Notes: a model not told the origin generated them from the sequence alone. Shown: positions 44,212-56,838, counted from the first letter of the stretch. The stretch is 64,000 bases of DNA from an uncultured Gemmatimonadaceae bacterium (GCA_963781585.1 CAWAGQ010000003.1:32001-96000); one strand, 5' to 3'. Made by a program: numbers and translations.

Positions 44212-44551
44212 CTCTACCTCAATCGAGCCGCGAGGGCGCGGCCTCGTGGCGGAAGCAGTCTGCTGAATCGGTGGGCGCCTCGGGCACTGGAGCGCGGCGG
44301 ACGCTGCGCACCGGATGTGTGCGCGGAGCCGGCGGTGTACCGGATCCGGCCAGGCGCGTGCGAAATTTAGCGTCCCGCCTCATATGCAGCGAATGGCGAC
44401 AGGGTAGTATCGCCCCGACAGAAGCGGAATCGCCGACGCCGCGCGCTCCCCAGGTGCTTCTGGCCTGTGATCGTTTCGCCTTTCGTGCACGACCCATCAA
44501 CTTGTACCATCTTGCCGTTGGCCTTTGGCCTGCGGCCTCTTCCGCCAGACC

Positions 44552-45328
44552 GTGCCCACACCCTGGTTCTTCCTGCTCAGCCCACCGTTGCGCGGCCATG
44601 AGAACATGGCCCTCGACGAGGCGTTGATGGACCGGGCGAGGCGCACCGGACAGCGTGTCCTCCGCGTATACGGTTGGTCGGTTCCCACGCTCTCCCTGGG
44701 GCGCAATCAGCGCGCGCGCGGGATCTTCACCGCCGAACGCGCCCGGTCCTGCGGCGTCGAGGTCGTCAGGCGGATGACGGGCGGGAGAGCGCTGCTGCAC
44801 GATCGCGAGGTCACCTACAGCGTGACGGCGCCGGTCGCGGCCGATCAGTCGCTCCGCGATTCCTATGCTGCCGTGAACCGCCTGCTGCTGCGGGCACTCC
44901 ACACGCTCGGCGTTCCCGCCACCCTCGCTGCGCCACAGGAGCGCGCCCCGCGCCCCGCGAGTGCGCCGTGCTTCGAGCGCCCGTCCGCCGGAGAGATCGT
45001 GGTCGAGGGCCGCAAGCTCGTCGGCAGCGCCCAGCTGCGTGAGCACGACGCCCTGTTGCAGCACGGCTCCATCCTCGTTGACGACGATCAGGCACGGATC
45101 GAGGGTCTTGCCGCAACCCCGGTCGGCCGCGCCGCACCGGCGGCGACGTTGCGCGCGATGCTGGGGCACGCTCCACGTGCCGACGAGGTCGCGGCCGCTC
45201 TCATGGACGCCCTGCGCGCCCTGGAAGATCCGCGAACAACGGAACTCGTGCTCGACGACGAGACCCTCGCTGTGCAGCGGGCGGCGGCGGCGCGATTCGC
45301 GGCCGATTGGTGGACCTGGCGCCGCTGA
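44552..45328 (+). CDS. Lipoate-protein ligase A family, catalytic domain only (LipM-like)
   Basis: NMALDEAL, LSLGRNQ, VRRMTGGRALLH, RKLVGSAQ, LQHGSI; no C-terminal LplA domain; start uncertain. Confidence 0.88.
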   Translation: MPTPWFFLLSPPLRGHENMALDEALMDRARRTGQRVLRVYGWSVPTLSLGRNQRARGIFTAERARSCGVEVVRRMTGGRALLHDREVTYSVTAPVAADQSLRDSYAAVNRLLLRALHTLGVPATLAAPQERAPRPASAPCFERPSAGEIVVEGRKLVGSAQLREHDALLQHGSILVDDDQARIEGLAATPVGRAAPAATLRAMLGHAPRADEVAAALMDALRALEDPRTTELVLDDETLAVQRAAAARFAADWWTWRR

Positions 45329-45362
45329 CGGCCTGCCCGGCGACACCCTAGCTTTGCCTTCC

Positions 45363-46334
45363 ATGGGCGGATTCCTCGTTCGCCGTCTGGCGCAGGGCGT
45401 GGCGATAGTCTTCGTCGTCGTGACCGTCAGCTTCGCGCTCATTCACGCGGCGCCGGGCGAGCCGTTCGCCGCCGTGCTGCAGGATCCGCGCGTGACCCCG
45501 GAGCTGCGCGATGCCCTGCGCGCACGCTATGAACTCGATCGGCCCCTGTTCGTCCAATACACGCGTTTCCTGTCGCGCACGGCCCGCGGCGACCTGGGGA
45601 CCTCGTTCACCTACCAGCGCCCGGTCCGTGAGGTGCTGGGGGCGGCCATTCCGAATACGCTCCTGCTCATGTCGACGGCACTCCTGGGGAGCTTCGCGTT
45701 AGGCATCGGACTCGGAGCCGCCCAGGCAGCGCGCCCCGGTGGCTGGTTCGACCGCCTCACCGACGGAGCCGCGGTCGTCGTCTCGGCCATCCCCGACTTC
45801 TGGCTCGCCCTCGGCGCCATTCTGCTCTTTGCCTATCGCCTGCCCCTGGCGCCACCGGGCGCGATGACCGATCCGGTGATGCACGATCTCTACTCGCCGG
45901 TCGGTCGCCTGATCGACGTGCTGAAGCACCTGGTCCTTCCCGCCGGCACCCTCACCCTCGTGATGGGTGCCGCGATCGCCCGCTTCCAGCGCGCGGCCCT
46001 CCTGGAAGTCCTGCCTGACGACTACATCCGAACCGCCCGGGCCAAGGGCGTTCCCGAACGCCGCGTACTGTACCGGCACGCCCTGCGCAATGCCGTGCTC
46101 CCCACCATCACCCTCGTCGGACTCGCGTTCCCCGCGCTGCTCGGTGGCGCTGTGTTCGTGGAGACCGTGTTCGCGTGGCCCGGGATGGGTCGCCTGGCGG
46201 TCGACGCGCTCGCGACGCGCGACTATCCGCTCGTCCTGGCGGCAGTCATGGTAGCCGGGGCCATGGTCGCCGTGGGCGGAATCCTCGCCGACATGCTGTA
46301 CGCCGCCGCCGACCCGCGCCTGCGCCGTGCCTGA
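45363..46334 (+). CDS. Dpp/Opp ABC transporter permease (DppB-like)
   Basis: GDLGTS, 'DYIRTARAKGVPERRVLYRHALRNA', VETVFAWPGMG. Confidence 0.93.
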   Translation: MGGFLVRRLAQGVAIVFVVVTVSFALIHAAPGEPFAAVLQDPRVTPELRDALRARYELDRPLFVQYTRFLSRTARGDLGTSFTYQRPVREVLGAAIPNTLLLMSTALLGSFALGIGLGAAQAARPGGWFDRLTDGAAVVVSAIPDFWLALGAILLFAYRLPLAPPGAMTDPVMHDLYSPVGRLIDVLKHLVLPAGTLTLVMGAAIARFQRAALLEVLPDDYIRTARAKGVPERRVLYRHALRNAVLPTITLVGLAFPALLGGAVFVETVFAWPGMGRLAVDALATRDYPLVLAAVMVAGAMVAVGGILADMLYAAADPRLRRA

Positions 46335-47250
46335 CCCGACGCCCGGGTCCGTGGTCGCCTTCGCCGACGCTCCGGTGGCACCGGCGCTGCCGCCGCCGGG
46401 CGTCTCGGCCCGCTGGCGCGAGCTGCTCCGACACGACCGCGCCGGACGGGCCGCGGTCGCATTCCTGGTCGCCCTCACGCTGGTCGCGCTGCTCGCGCCG
46501 TGGGTGGCTCCATACGACCCCGCCCGACAATTCGACCTCGTGGCGCTCAAGCTGCAGCCGCCTTCGGCGCACCACTGGTTCGGGACTGACCTGACGAGCC
46601 GGGACGTGCTGAGCCGCATCATCGCCGGCTCGCGCGTTTCCCTTTCCATTGCGGTGCTCGCCATTGTGCTCACTTCGCTGGTGGGCACCACCTGGGGCGC
46701 GGTCGCCGGGTACAGCGGGGGTCTCGCTGATTCCATCATGATGCGGGTGGTCGACGCGCTGCTCGCGATCCCTCGCATTCTGCTGCTGCTGGGTATTGTC
46801 GCGCTCTGGGGAACGCTCAGCCCCGCGGCGCTGATTCTCCTGCTTGGCCTGACCGGATGGTTCGGCGTGAGTCGTCTTGTGCGGGCCGAGGTGCTGCTGG
46901 TGCGGGAGCGGGAATTCGTGAGTGCGGCGCGCGCCCTTGGCGCGTCCGCGAGCCGGATCATCGTGCGCCACGTCATCCCCCAGGTGCTGCCGCCGGTCAT
47001 CGTCGCCGCCACGCTTGGCCTGGGGAATATCATCGTCATCGAGGCGGGCCTCTCCTTTCTCGGGTATGGCGTCGCGCAGCCGAGGGCCAGCTGGGGCAAC
47101 ATCATCCGCGACGGGCGTGAGGTCCTCGACCGCGCGTGGTGGCTGTCGGTGTTTCCGGGCGTCGCACTCGCCGCCACCGTGCTCGCCCTCAACGTCGTCG
47201 GCGACCGCTTGCGCCGGGCGCTCAATCCACGGCAGCTTCCCGCTCCATGA
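46327..47250 (+). CDS. Dpp/Opp ABC transporter permease (DppC-like)
   Basis: HWFGTD..RDVLSR, '[20 protein letters not shown]', EAGLSFLG. Confidence 0.93.
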   Translation: MPDPTPGSVVAFADAPVAPALPPPGVSARWRELLRHDRAGRAAVAFLVALTLVALLAPWVAPYDPARQFDLVALKLQPPSAHHWFGTDLTSRDVLSRIIAGSRVSLSIAVLAIVLTSLVGTTWGAVAGYSGGLADSIMMRVVDALLAIPRILLLLGIVALWGTLSPAALILLLGLTGWFGVSRLVRAEVLLVREREFVSAARALGASASRIIVRHVIPQVLPPVIVAATLGLGNIIVIEAGLSFLGYGVAQPRASWGNIIRDGREVLDRAWWLSVFPGVALAATVLALNVVGDRLRRALNPRQLPAP

Positions 47251-48278
47251 CGACGTCCGCGGCGTCACCTCCGCCGCTGCTGCAGGTCGAGCATCTGCGC
47301 ACCTACTTTCGATCGCGATCGGCGGGAGTCGTCGCGCGCGCCGTCGACGACGTCTCGTTCCGGATCGAGGCGGCCGAGACCGTGGGCCTGGTGGGAGAGT
47401 CCGGCTGCGGCAAGTCGGTGACGGCGCTGTCGATCCTCCGTCTCATCGACCCGCCTGGTCGGATCGAGGCAGGGTCCCGGATTCTGTTCGACGGAGTCGA
47501 TCTGCTCGGGCTGGACGAAGAGGGCATCCGGCGCGTGCGCGGCAATCGGATCGCCATGGTCTTTCAGGAGCCCATGACGGCGCTCAATCCGGTCTTCACG
47601 ATCGGAGATCAGGTGGCGGAGGTGGCCCGTGTGCACGCCGACGCGTCCCGTCGGTCCGCGTGGGAGCGCGCGGTGGAGATGCTGGCGCTGGTGGGCATCC
47701 CGGATCCGCGACAGCGGGCGCGTGACTACCCGCACCAGCTCTCCGGCGGCATGCGGCAACGCGTGCTGATCGCGATGGCGCTGGTGATGAATCCCGCGCT
47801 GCTCATCGCCGACGAGCCGACCACGGCGCTCGACGTCACGATCCAGGCCCAGATTCTCGAGTTGCTCACAACGCTGCAGCAGCGCCTGGGACTCGCCATC
47901 CTGCTCATCACGCACGACCTCGGCGTGATCGCCGAATCCACGTCGCGCGTGCTGGTGATGTACGGAGGCCAGATCGTGGAGGAGGCGCCGGTGCGCGAGC
48001 TGTTCGCCAATCCGCGACATCCCTACACCGAAGGGCTCCTGGCGGCGATTCCCCGACTCGGCCAGCCGCGCCACCGCCTCGCTGTCATCCCAGGCACCGT
48101 GCCACCTCCCACGGCCTGGCCCAGCGGTTGTCGCTTTCGCGACCGGTGTGCGTACGCCTGGCCACGCTGCACGGCCGAGCCACCTCCGGAATACCCGGTG
48201 ACCGCGGGACATGGCGCCCGCTGCCATCTGATGGACGAGCCCAAACGGCGGGTCCATGCCGCCCCGCAGTCGGCGTGA
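47247..48278 (+). CDS. Dpp/Opp ABC transporter ATPase (DppD-like)
   Basis: [30 protein letters not shown]-terminal Cys cluster. Confidence 0.94.
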   Translation: MTTSAASPPPLLQVEHLRTYFRSRSAGVVARAVDDVSFRIEAAETVGLVGESGCGKSVTALSILRLIDPPGRIEAGSRILFDGVDLLGLDEEGIRRVRGNRIAMVFQEPMTALNPVFTIGDQVAEVARVHADASRRSAWERAVEMLALVGIPDPRQRARDYPHQLSGGMRQRVLIAMALVMNPALLIADEPTTALDVTIQAQILELLTTLQQRLGLAILLITHDLGVIAESTSRVLVMYGGQIVEEAPVRELFANPRHPYTEGLLAAIPRLGQPRHRLAVIPGTVPPPTAWPSGCRFRDRCAYAWPRCTAEPPPEYPVTAGHGARCHLMDEPKRRVHAAPQSA

Positions 48279-49408
48279 CCGGTTCGGTGGGTCCTCGACC
48301 CGGCACGCGCGAACCGGCTGACGACGTCCCCGGTGCCCTGGACGCGCCGCTGCTCTCCGTGCGTCGCCTGAAGAAGCACTTTCCGGTGCGAGCCGGGATC
48401 TTTGGTCGGGCGTCAGGCACCGTGCGGGCCGTTGACGGCGTGAGCCTCGATATCGCGGCCGGCGAGACGTTAGGCATGGTTGGCGAGTCGGGGTGCGGGA
48501 AGACCACCCTCGGCCGCACCATTCTGCGACTCGTCGAACCTACCGCCGGCGACATCCGCTACGACGGTGTCGATCTGCGCGCGCTGCGGGGCGGCGCGCT
48601 CCGCGCCATGCGCCGCAATCTCCAGATCATCTTCCAGGACCCCTTCTCCTCGCTCAACCCCCGGATGACCGTGGGCGCCACCGTGCGCGAGGGGTTGACG
48701 GTACACCGGCTCGCCGAAGGCGCGGACGCCGATCGGCGGGTACGGCAGCTGCTGGAGGAGGTCGGGTTGCGGCCCGAGTACGCGTCGCACTATCCGCACG
48801 AATTCTCGGGTGGCCAGCGGCAGCGCATCGGCATCGCGCGCGCGCTGGCCGTGCAGCCGCGCTTCATCGTGTGCGACGAGCCGGTGTCGGCGCTCGACGT
48901 GTCGGTGCAGGCGCAGGTCGTCAACCTGCTGAGTGACCTGCAGCGCGACCACGGCCTGACCTACCTGTTCATCGCCCACGACCTGTCGATCGTGGAGCAC
49001 ATGGCGAACCGGGTGGCGGTGATGTACCTGGGTCGCCTGGTGGAATTCGCGGACGCGGCGGCGCTCTACGCAGAGCCCCTGATGCCCTACACCCAGGCGT
49101 TGCTCTCCGCGGTTCCGGTGCCGGATCCGGTCACGCGTCGCTCGCGCATCGTCCTGGCCGGCGACGTGCCATCGCCCGCCAACCCTCCCAGCGGGTGCGT
49201 CTTTCACCCGCGGTGTCATCATCCGGCCCGGGACGCGTCGTGTGCCCGGCTCGTCCCACCGCTGGAGGAGAAGGCGCCGGGCCATTGGGTAGCGTGTATC
49301 AAGCAGCCACCCGGCGCCGTGAGCTGGGAGGCGCAGCAGGAAGCGGGTGGCACGAATCGCCCCGAGCGATACCTGCCGGCCATCGCACGTCCGCGCGATG
49401 GTGCCTAG
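48275..49408 (+). CDS. Dpp/Opp ABC transporter ATPase (DppF-like)
   Basis: [40 protein letters not shown]. Confidence 0.94.
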   Translation: MTGSVGPRPGTREPADDVPGALDAPLLSVRRLKKHFPVRAGIFGRASGTVRAVDGVSLDIAAGETLGMVGESGCGKTTLGRTILRLVEPTAGDIRYDGVDLRALRGGALRAMRRNLQIIFQDPFSSLNPRMTVGATVREGLTVHRLAEGADADRRVRQLLEEVGLRPEYASHYPHEFSGGQRQRIGIARALAVQPRFIVCDEPVSALDVSVQAQVVNLLSDLQRDHGLTYLFIAHDLSIVEHMANRVAVMYLGRLVEFADAAALYAEPLMPYTQALLSAVPVPDPVTRRSRIVLAGDVPSPANPPSGCVFHPRCHHPARDASCARLVPPLEEKAPGHWVACIKQPPGAVSWEAQQEAGGTNRPERYLPAIARPRDGA

Positions 49409-49492
49409 CGCGGGAGCACCCGGCTGCGCACTCTCTCTGCTGGCTGCGCGGTGCTGAAAGCTGGAACTGCATGCTGGACGCTTGAGCGGAGC

Positions 49493-49631
49493 GCCGAAAC
49501 GTGAACGCTGAGACCGATCGCTGAGGGCTGAGAGCCGTACGCCGAAAATTGAACGCCGAGGGCTGAACGCCGAGAGTGGAACGCGGAGAGCTGCGAGCTG
49601 AACGCCGCGAGCTGCACGCCGATTGCTGACA
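49493..49631. repeat. Degenerate heptamer tandem array, consensus GCYGANN, about 20 units
   Basis: GCTGAGG GCTGAGA GCCGTAC GCCGAAA ATTGAAC GCCGAGG GCTGAAC GCCGAGA ... in 7-nt register. Confidence 0.75.
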
Positions 49632-49657
49632 GTGGATCAATCCAACCGGGGACGACG

Positions 49658-51409
<1,752 letters not shown>

Positions 51410-51434
51410 AGGCTGACCGCCGAGCGCTCCGTAC

Positions 51435-53144
51435 TCACGGCCAAACAAACACGCTCGCTGGAATCACCCGCTCGCGAATGCCGCGCACGTCGTTGGGCTC
51501 GGTCCAGAATGTCCTGGTGTGATCGCCGTTGCTGAATCGGAGCTCCCAGCGTGCACCCCCGTCACGCCGGACGGGTACGGCCAGGTCGAGGCGCCAGAGG
51601 CGCTGGGATCCCGGTGGAATCGCGCAGAGAATCCCCACTCCGACCGACGGCTCCCATGGCGTGTCGCGCCCGAGAGCGGCATCACCTGCCCAGAGCTTCC
51701 CCCCATCGATGAAGAACGCCACGCCGGCGTCGGCCGTGCCACGTATGGTACCGACGCGCCACCGCTCCTCGGCCCGGGCGACCAGCCGCTCGCCGCCACC
51801 CAGCCTGGCGTCTCCGTAGCCGCGAACCCCGCCCCGTCCATCGCCTAACGAGAGCTGGAACGGAAGCTCCTGGCGCCAGGCACCGGCAAACTCCACGCTC
51901 CCCACCACCGTGTGACGACGGTGCGGTTTCAGATACCAGCCCAGGCGGCCGCTTACCAGTACGCCTCGCGCGTGCCGCGTGTCGGCGTTGCGCCGCCCTT
52001 CAGCTCCCAGTTCCACTGCGGCAAATGTCGTCGGCGAGCCCACGCCCCCGTACAGCGTGGCCGCGGTGAACCAGTCGGAGCGGGACCGGCCGCCAATCCC
52101 CAACCCGCGCCCCACCGTCAGGCCCAGCTGAAAACCGCGCCGCACGTCCTGCACCCCGTTCAGCGCGTCAAAGCCCACCACGCGAAGGAAGTTGACCTGC
52201 CGGTACCCGAGCAGGAGGTTGAGCCGCGTGGCGTGATAGGACGAAAACCGATCCATCAACGCGCTCGTCGTGTCGGCCACCACCCCGGAATCGGTGACCA
52301 GCACCGGGCCGATCTCCGGCGTCGTCGCTTCCGCCGAGAACGATGCCCCGATCAACCCCAGATGTCCGGCAGCGCCGACCCGCACACCGGCCCCCATGTC
52401 GAAGTAGGCGCGGTGCAGACCGACTCCAAGCACCGGGCGACCCGGCGAGCGAAACGGCACCAGGTCCTCGCTCCCTCCGCCGGACACCCGCCACGCACGC
52501 GGCTGTGCGTCGGTAAAAAACGGGTACGAGACGCTCGTCGCCACGTCGTAACCGTGATCGAACCGAGCCGCCCTCACCTGCAGCTGATACGGCCGCCGGA
52601 ACAGCTGGTAGTTGGTGTATCGGCCCAGAAACGTGTCCCGGTAGAAGTGTCCCTCACGCCACCCTGCCACGGCATAGATGCCCTTGCCTTCGAGGTTGGC
52701 GTTCCCGAAGGTCAGCGCCCGCAGAAAGGGAGCGGTGTTCGTCAGCCCGATCGATCCGACAACGGCCGGCTCGTCGACCGTGACCACCTCGATCCGGACG
52801 CTGTCCCCATCGGCGACCGTGGCGACCGATGCGTCCGCGAGAAACGGCTGCGCCCTCAACACGCGCGCCGTCTCGCGAACGAGGAACTCTGAGCAGGGCT
52901 CGCCCGGCTGAAGAAGCACGAAATTGCGGACCACCGAGGGCGCAGTGGCGACGTGCATCGACGTGACCAGACGCCCCAGAAGAGGCGAACGCGTGAACAG
53001 CCCGCCATACGATGGCGCGTGCGACCGGATCACAACCTGCGAAACCCGCCGTCCCTCGCAAGGTTGCCCGGGTTGCGCTCCCTGAGCGAGCAGCGCGCCA
53101 GGCGTCGCCGCCAGCGCCAGCCGAACCGCAGCCGGGAACCGCAG
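51435..53144 (-). CDS. Omp85/BamA-TamA-like outer-membrane protein (POTRA-like plus beta-barrel)
   Basis: 'ETARVLRAQPFLADA', 'NANLEGKG', 'GVRGY', 'LWRLDLAVP'; signal-peptide-like N-terminus if CTG 53144 is the start (first canonical start is GTG 53033). Confidence 0.75.
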   Translation of the reverse strand: MRFPAAVRLALAATPGALLAQGAQPGQPCEGRRVSQVVIRSHAPSYGGLFTRSPLLGRLVTSMHVATAPSVVRNFVLLQPGEPCSEFLVRETARVLRAQPFLADASVATVADGDSVRIEVVTVDEPAVVGSIGLTNTAPFLRALTFGNANLEGKGIYAVAGWREGHFYRDTFLGRYTNYQLFRRPYQLQVRAARFDHGYDVATSVSYPFFTDAQPRAWRVSGGGSEDLVPFRSPGRPVLGVGLHRAYFDMGAGVRVGAAGHLGLIGASFSAEATTPEIGPVLVTDSGVVADTTSALMDRFSSYHATRLNLLLGYRQVNFLRVVGFDALNGVQDVRRGFQLGLTVGRGLGIGGRSRSDWFTAATLYGGVGSPTTFAAVELGAEGRRNADTRHARGVLVSGRLGWYLKPHRRHTVVGSVEFAGAWRQELPFQLSLGDGRGGVRGYGDARLGGGERLVARAEERWRVGTIRGTADAGVAFFIDGGKLWAGDAALGRDTPWEPSVGVGILCAIPPGSQRLWRLDLAVPVRRDGGARWELRFSNGDHTRTFWTEPNDVRGIRERVIPASVFVWP

Positions 53145-53699
53145 TTACTTCCCCATCCGGCGCTTGAGATCGGCCAGCCGCGCTTCGGCATCAGCCTCCG
53201 CGGCGGCTCGCCGCTCCGCGCGACCCATCCGATTGAACTCGCCCTCCAGGTTGCCCGCCTCCGTGTCCGGCGGCGTTGAACCAGGGATGTTCGCGCCCCC
53301 CATACCGGATCCGACTCCCGCCGATGCCGCCTTGAACTGCTCCGTCATCTCCTCCACCTCGCGCTGCGCCAGGGCGAACTCACTCTCCTGCGCTTCCTTC
53401 TTCCTCAGAAGCACTGCCAGCCGCTCCTGGTGCTGTGCTTCGAAGCGTGCCGCGACCGACACGGTCTCCGCGTCGCCAATCCCCTCGGCGAGGCGCTTGC
53501 GTCGCTGGACGGTCTCAAGTTCGGCTTGCTCCTTGATCACGCGCCGCTCGGTCACCTGAAGCGACGTGCGAAGGTCGTCGATCGCGAGCCGGGCACGCAC
53601 CAGGGTCTCCCGCATCGTGCCGAGCAGCTCATGGCGGCCCTCTGGCGGAACGTTGCCGTGCAGCAGCTCGTGTAGCGCGCGCCGAACGTCTTCGAACAC
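53145..53699 (-). CDS. PspA/IM30-like coiled-coil protein
   Basis: Amphipathic N-terminus (MFEDVRRALHELL), long coiled coil, 'AEGIGDAETVSVA', C-terminal 'AEARLADLKRRMGK'. Confidence 0.65.
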   Translation of the reverse strand: MFEDVRRALHELLHGNVPPEGRHELLGTMRETLVRARLAIDDLRTSLQVTERRVIKEQAELETVQRRKRLAEGIGDAETVSVAARFEAQHQERLAVLLRKKEAQESEFALAQREVEEMTEQFKAASAGVGSGMGGANIPGSTPPDTEAGNLEGEFNRMGRAERRAAAEADAEARLADLKRRMGK

Positions 53700-53910
53700 G
53701 GAGGAAAAGAGGAAGAAGGAATCCCGGGCACGACACGGGCCGGGCACTTCGAGGCACAAGACGGTCGCGACCGCCATGTCCGCGCTGATAGGATACAGGC
53801 GCGCGGCTCGCTGCGGCAACACAAGACCGCCCGACGGCGCCCCCGCACCAATCTTGACACACGGATATCCAGCGCCGGCCCGAATTCCCTCCTTCTTCCC
53901 GTTCCACCCC

Positions 53911-54645
53911 ATGAACCCAGTCGTCGCGGTGAGCGCAACCACGCGCGTCACCGACGGAGTCGAACGCGTCCGCCTCAACGCGTCATATGTGCACGCCCTC
54001 GAGGCCGCAGGACTCGTTCCCCTCGTCGTGCCACCGCTCGGCGGGTCGAGCGACGTCGAGTCGATTCTGCGCGCAGTGCATGGCCTCGTACTCACTGGTG
54101 GCGAGGACATCGATCCCGCCCGCTATGGAACCGAGCCACGAATACCGACGCATGCGCCGCATGCGCGCCGCGACGCCTGTGAAATCGCGTTGACGCTCGC
54201 GGCACGGCAGCTGGCACTGCCCACACTCGCGATCTGCCGCGGTGTCCAGCTCGCGAATGTGGCGCTGGGCGGAACGCTGGTTCAGGACATTCAGAGCGAG
54301 CGGACCGACGCCCTGGTGCACAACGGAGATTACGCGCGCAACGCTCGCGTTCACAAGGTACGCATAGAGCCCGGATCACGACTGGCGTCTGCCATAGGCA
54401 CGTCATCACTCACCGTCAATTCCAGCCACCATCAGGCCGTCGACTGCGTAGCTCCGCGTCTCCGCGTCAACGCCACAGCGCCCGACGGTGTCCTGGAGGG
54501 AGTGGAATGGGCGGCCACCGACTGGTGGATGGTCGGCGTGCAGTGGCATCCAGAGGAACTGGTCGACGACAGGGAAGCCTGGGATCGCAGCCTGTTCGCG
54601 GCGTTCGCCACCGAGTGTTCACGCCGCGCTGCGGATCACAGGTGA
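53911..54645 (+). CDS. Gamma-glutamyl-gamma-aminobutyrate hydrolase family (peptidase C26, class I GATase)
   Basis: GLVLTGGEDIDP, LAICRGVQ, VNSSHHQAV, GVQWHPE. Confidence 0.93.
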   Translation: MNPVVAVSATTRVTDGVERVRLNASYVHALEAAGLVPLVVPPLGGSSDVESILRAVHGLVLTGGEDIDPARYGTEPRIPTHAPHARRDACEIALTLAARQLALPTLAICRGVQLANVALGGTLVQDIQSERTDALVHNGDYARNARVHKVRIEPGSRLASAIGTSSLTVNSSHHQAVDCVAPRLRVNATAPDGVLEGVEWAATDWWMVGVQWHPEELVDDREAWDRSLFAAFATECSRRAADHR

Positions 54646-54659
54646 GCCGTGCAGCCTGC

Positions 54660-54729
54660 TTTTGGCCTATGGCCTATGGCCTATGGCCTATGGCCTATGG
54701 CCTGTGACCTTTGGCGCATGGCCTTTGAC
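54660..54729. repeat. Heptamer tandem array, 10 units including five perfect CTATGGC
   Basis: TTTTGGC (CTATGGC)x5 CTGTGAC CTTTGGC GCATGGC CTTTGAC, between convergent genes. Confidence 0.92.
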
Positions 54730-54733
54730 CTCG

Positions 54734-55462
54734 TCACCCCTGACTCCACCGTGCCTCGTCCCGGACCTGCCGCATGAGCCGCTCGGGAGAATGCGCCGAT
54801 GGGAAGAAGAGCGAGTCGCTCACGCGATTCAGGGCCAGGCGCAGGCGCGGGAATCGTTCGGCCGCTGCGCTGAAGAGATCCTCCAGACCGTGCTGCGCTG
54901 CCAGGCGATGTTGCGCGGCGAGTTCGTAGCCGCGGCGGCCCAGCTCGTCGTAATAGTCCATGTCCGGTCCGCCGCGACGCCAACGCCTCAGTTCGATATG
55001 ATCGGGATACAGTCCGCTCAGCCAGAGCGCATAGTTGCCGAGGTGGGCGCGAACGAGAAACGTGCGAGTCGCATCACCGCGGTCGACCTCTCCGAGCAGG
55101 CCCGATAGCGTATCGTAGACCTCGTCATCGACGTCCGAGATGCGCCGCGCGCGCTCCCGCAAGCCGAAGTGGACCACGATGGACGCCACGTAATCGGCTA
55201 TGCCCCGGTCGGTTTCCTGAACCCCCCGAAGCGCGTTGCGGACCACCACATAGGCAAACAACCTGAAGGAGACGTGCGCCGCCTGCGCAGAATTCATCAG
55301 CGCGGACAGAAGCCGTGGGTCATCGAGCAAGGCGTCTACGCCCTGATCGCGCAGCGCTGCTTCGGCCCGGGTCAGATCTTCGTCCGAGCCGCGCGAGATC
55401 AGGCGCAGCGCGAGCTGCGCATCGTCACGCGTGAGTTGCTGACGAATGTTCGCGAGGATCAT
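54734..55462 (-). CDS. Hypothetical helical protein
   Basis: Long ORF with host-like codon usage; 'HLGNYALWLSGLYPD..YYDELGRRGY..AAERFPRLRLALN'. Confidence 0.75.
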   Translation of the reverse strand: MILANIRQQLTRDDAQLALRLISRGSDEDLTRAEAALRDQGVDALLDDPRLLSALMNSAQAAHVSFRLFAYVVVRNALRGVQETDRGIADYVASIVVHFGLRERARRISDVDDEVYDTLSGLLGEVDRGDATRTFLVRAHLGNYALWLSGLYPDHIELRRWRRGGPDMDYYDELGRRGYELAAQHRLAAQHGLEDLFSAAAERFPRLRLALNRVSDSLFFPSAHSPERLMRQVRDEARWSQG

Positions 55463-55657
55463 CCGATTGCTCCGTCGGGTTCGGCGAGTGCATGCTCCCT
55501 TGTACTTCATTGTGACGGAATTCGATTCAGTGGGGAAACATGAGTCCACCCGCGGGGCCGGTCCGACGCGTGCGCTTCGGCCTGGCACTCGCCAGGTCGC
55601 ATTGCTACCAACGGCTGTCGTTGCCGGGATGAACGTGGTTCACAATTATCCAGCCAC

Positions 55658-56734
55658 ATGACGCGGCGCGTCCTGCACATCGACACGGGGCGAGAGTGGC
55701 GCGGTGGCCAGCGGCAGGTCTATCTGCTCGCCAAGGCGCAACGCGAGCAGGGTGAAGAACCGCTTGTCGTCGCCCATCCGGACGCCCCTCTCATCAGGAG
55801 ATTGCGTGCGCATGGCCTTGCCGCGGCCGCGGTGCGCGCGCGTGGTGACTGGGATCTCGCGGCCGCTCGCCGCGTGAGGATCCTCGTGCGCAAATGGCGC
55901 GCGGACCTGGTTCATGCGCACGATGCGCGCGCCCACGCCATCGCCCTTGGCGCGCTGGTCGGTCATCGCGAGGTGCCCCTGGTGGTGACCCGCCGGGTGG
56001 CCTACCCGCCGCGCGGCCGAATGAAATACGGCCGCCTGGTGGCACGTTTCATCGCCATCTCGGAAGCGGTCCGGGACGCGCTCGTTCGGGGTGGAGTCGA
56101 TCGCCGGCGCATTGACGTCGTCTATTCGGGCGTGCCGACGCCCAGCGTGTCGACACCACGTGACTGGCGGACCGAATGCAACTGGCCCGTCGATGCCGTG
56201 ATCTGCGGCGTGGTGGGCGCCATGACCGCTGAAAAGGGGATCGAGCTGCTGGAGCGGATTGCAGCGCGTCTCCACCCTGACCACGCCGCGAGGACGCGGC
56301 TCGTTCTGCTCGGCGGGACGTCAGTGGGCCACACGCTCATCGGCGGCGTGGCCGCCTACCGGGCCGGTTTCGCAGACGACGTTCACGCAGCAATGGCCGG
56401 TCTGCAGGTGCTGTGGCACCCGGCAACGTCCGAAGGCCTCGGGACAGCGGTAATCGACGCGATGGCGCTCGGCGTCCCTCCGATCGCCTTTCGCATCGGG
56501 GGGCTGCCCGAGCTGATCGTCGATCAGGTGACCGGGCTGCTGGTCACCCCCGGGGACGTCGACGACTTCGCTCAGGGTGCGTCGAGACTGATTCGCGACC
56601 AACGGCTGCGGGTGCAGCTCGGGGGGGCGGGGCCGGCGCGGGCCGCGCTGTTCTCGGTGGAACGCATGGTGTCGGGCACGCGACGGATCTATGAAAAGGT
56701 AGCTCGCGCGTCGCGCCGCCCAATGCCGGGGTAG
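55658..56734 (+). CDS. Glycosyltransferase family 4
   Basis: HIDTGREWRGGQRQ, DLVHAH, EGLGTAVIDAMALGVP, GGLPE. Confidence 0.92.
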   Translation: MTRRVLHIDTGREWRGGQRQVYLLAKAQREQGEEPLVVAHPDAPLIRRLRAHGLAAAAVRARGDWDLAAARRVRILVRKWRADLVHAHDARAHAIALGALVGHREVPLVVTRRVAYPPRGRMKYGRLVARFIAISEAVRDALVRGGVDRRRIDVVYSGVPTPSVSTPRDWRTECNWPVDAVICGVVGAMTAEKGIELLERIAARLHPDHAARTRLVLLGGTSVGHTLIGGVAAYRAGFADDVHAAMAGLQVLWHPATSEGLGTAVIDAMALGVPPIAFRIGGLPELIVDQVTGLLVTPGDVDDFAQGASRLIRDQRLRVQLGGAGPARAALFSVERMVSGTRRIYEKVARASRRPMPG

Positions 56735-56838
56735 CGTCGGCGAGAACGCGGCCGCGAGGTGAACCGCGCCTGTGACCTGGTGTACATCGGGCGGGTAGCA
56801 TTCCGCCGCCTGAGGCGTCTAGGTTGTGGACGAGCGCC

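Noticed and set aside
44212..44550. Glycine riboswitch upstream of gcvP
   Set aside because: I could not find the GGAGA..CCGAAG..CTCTCAGG elements on the minus strand.
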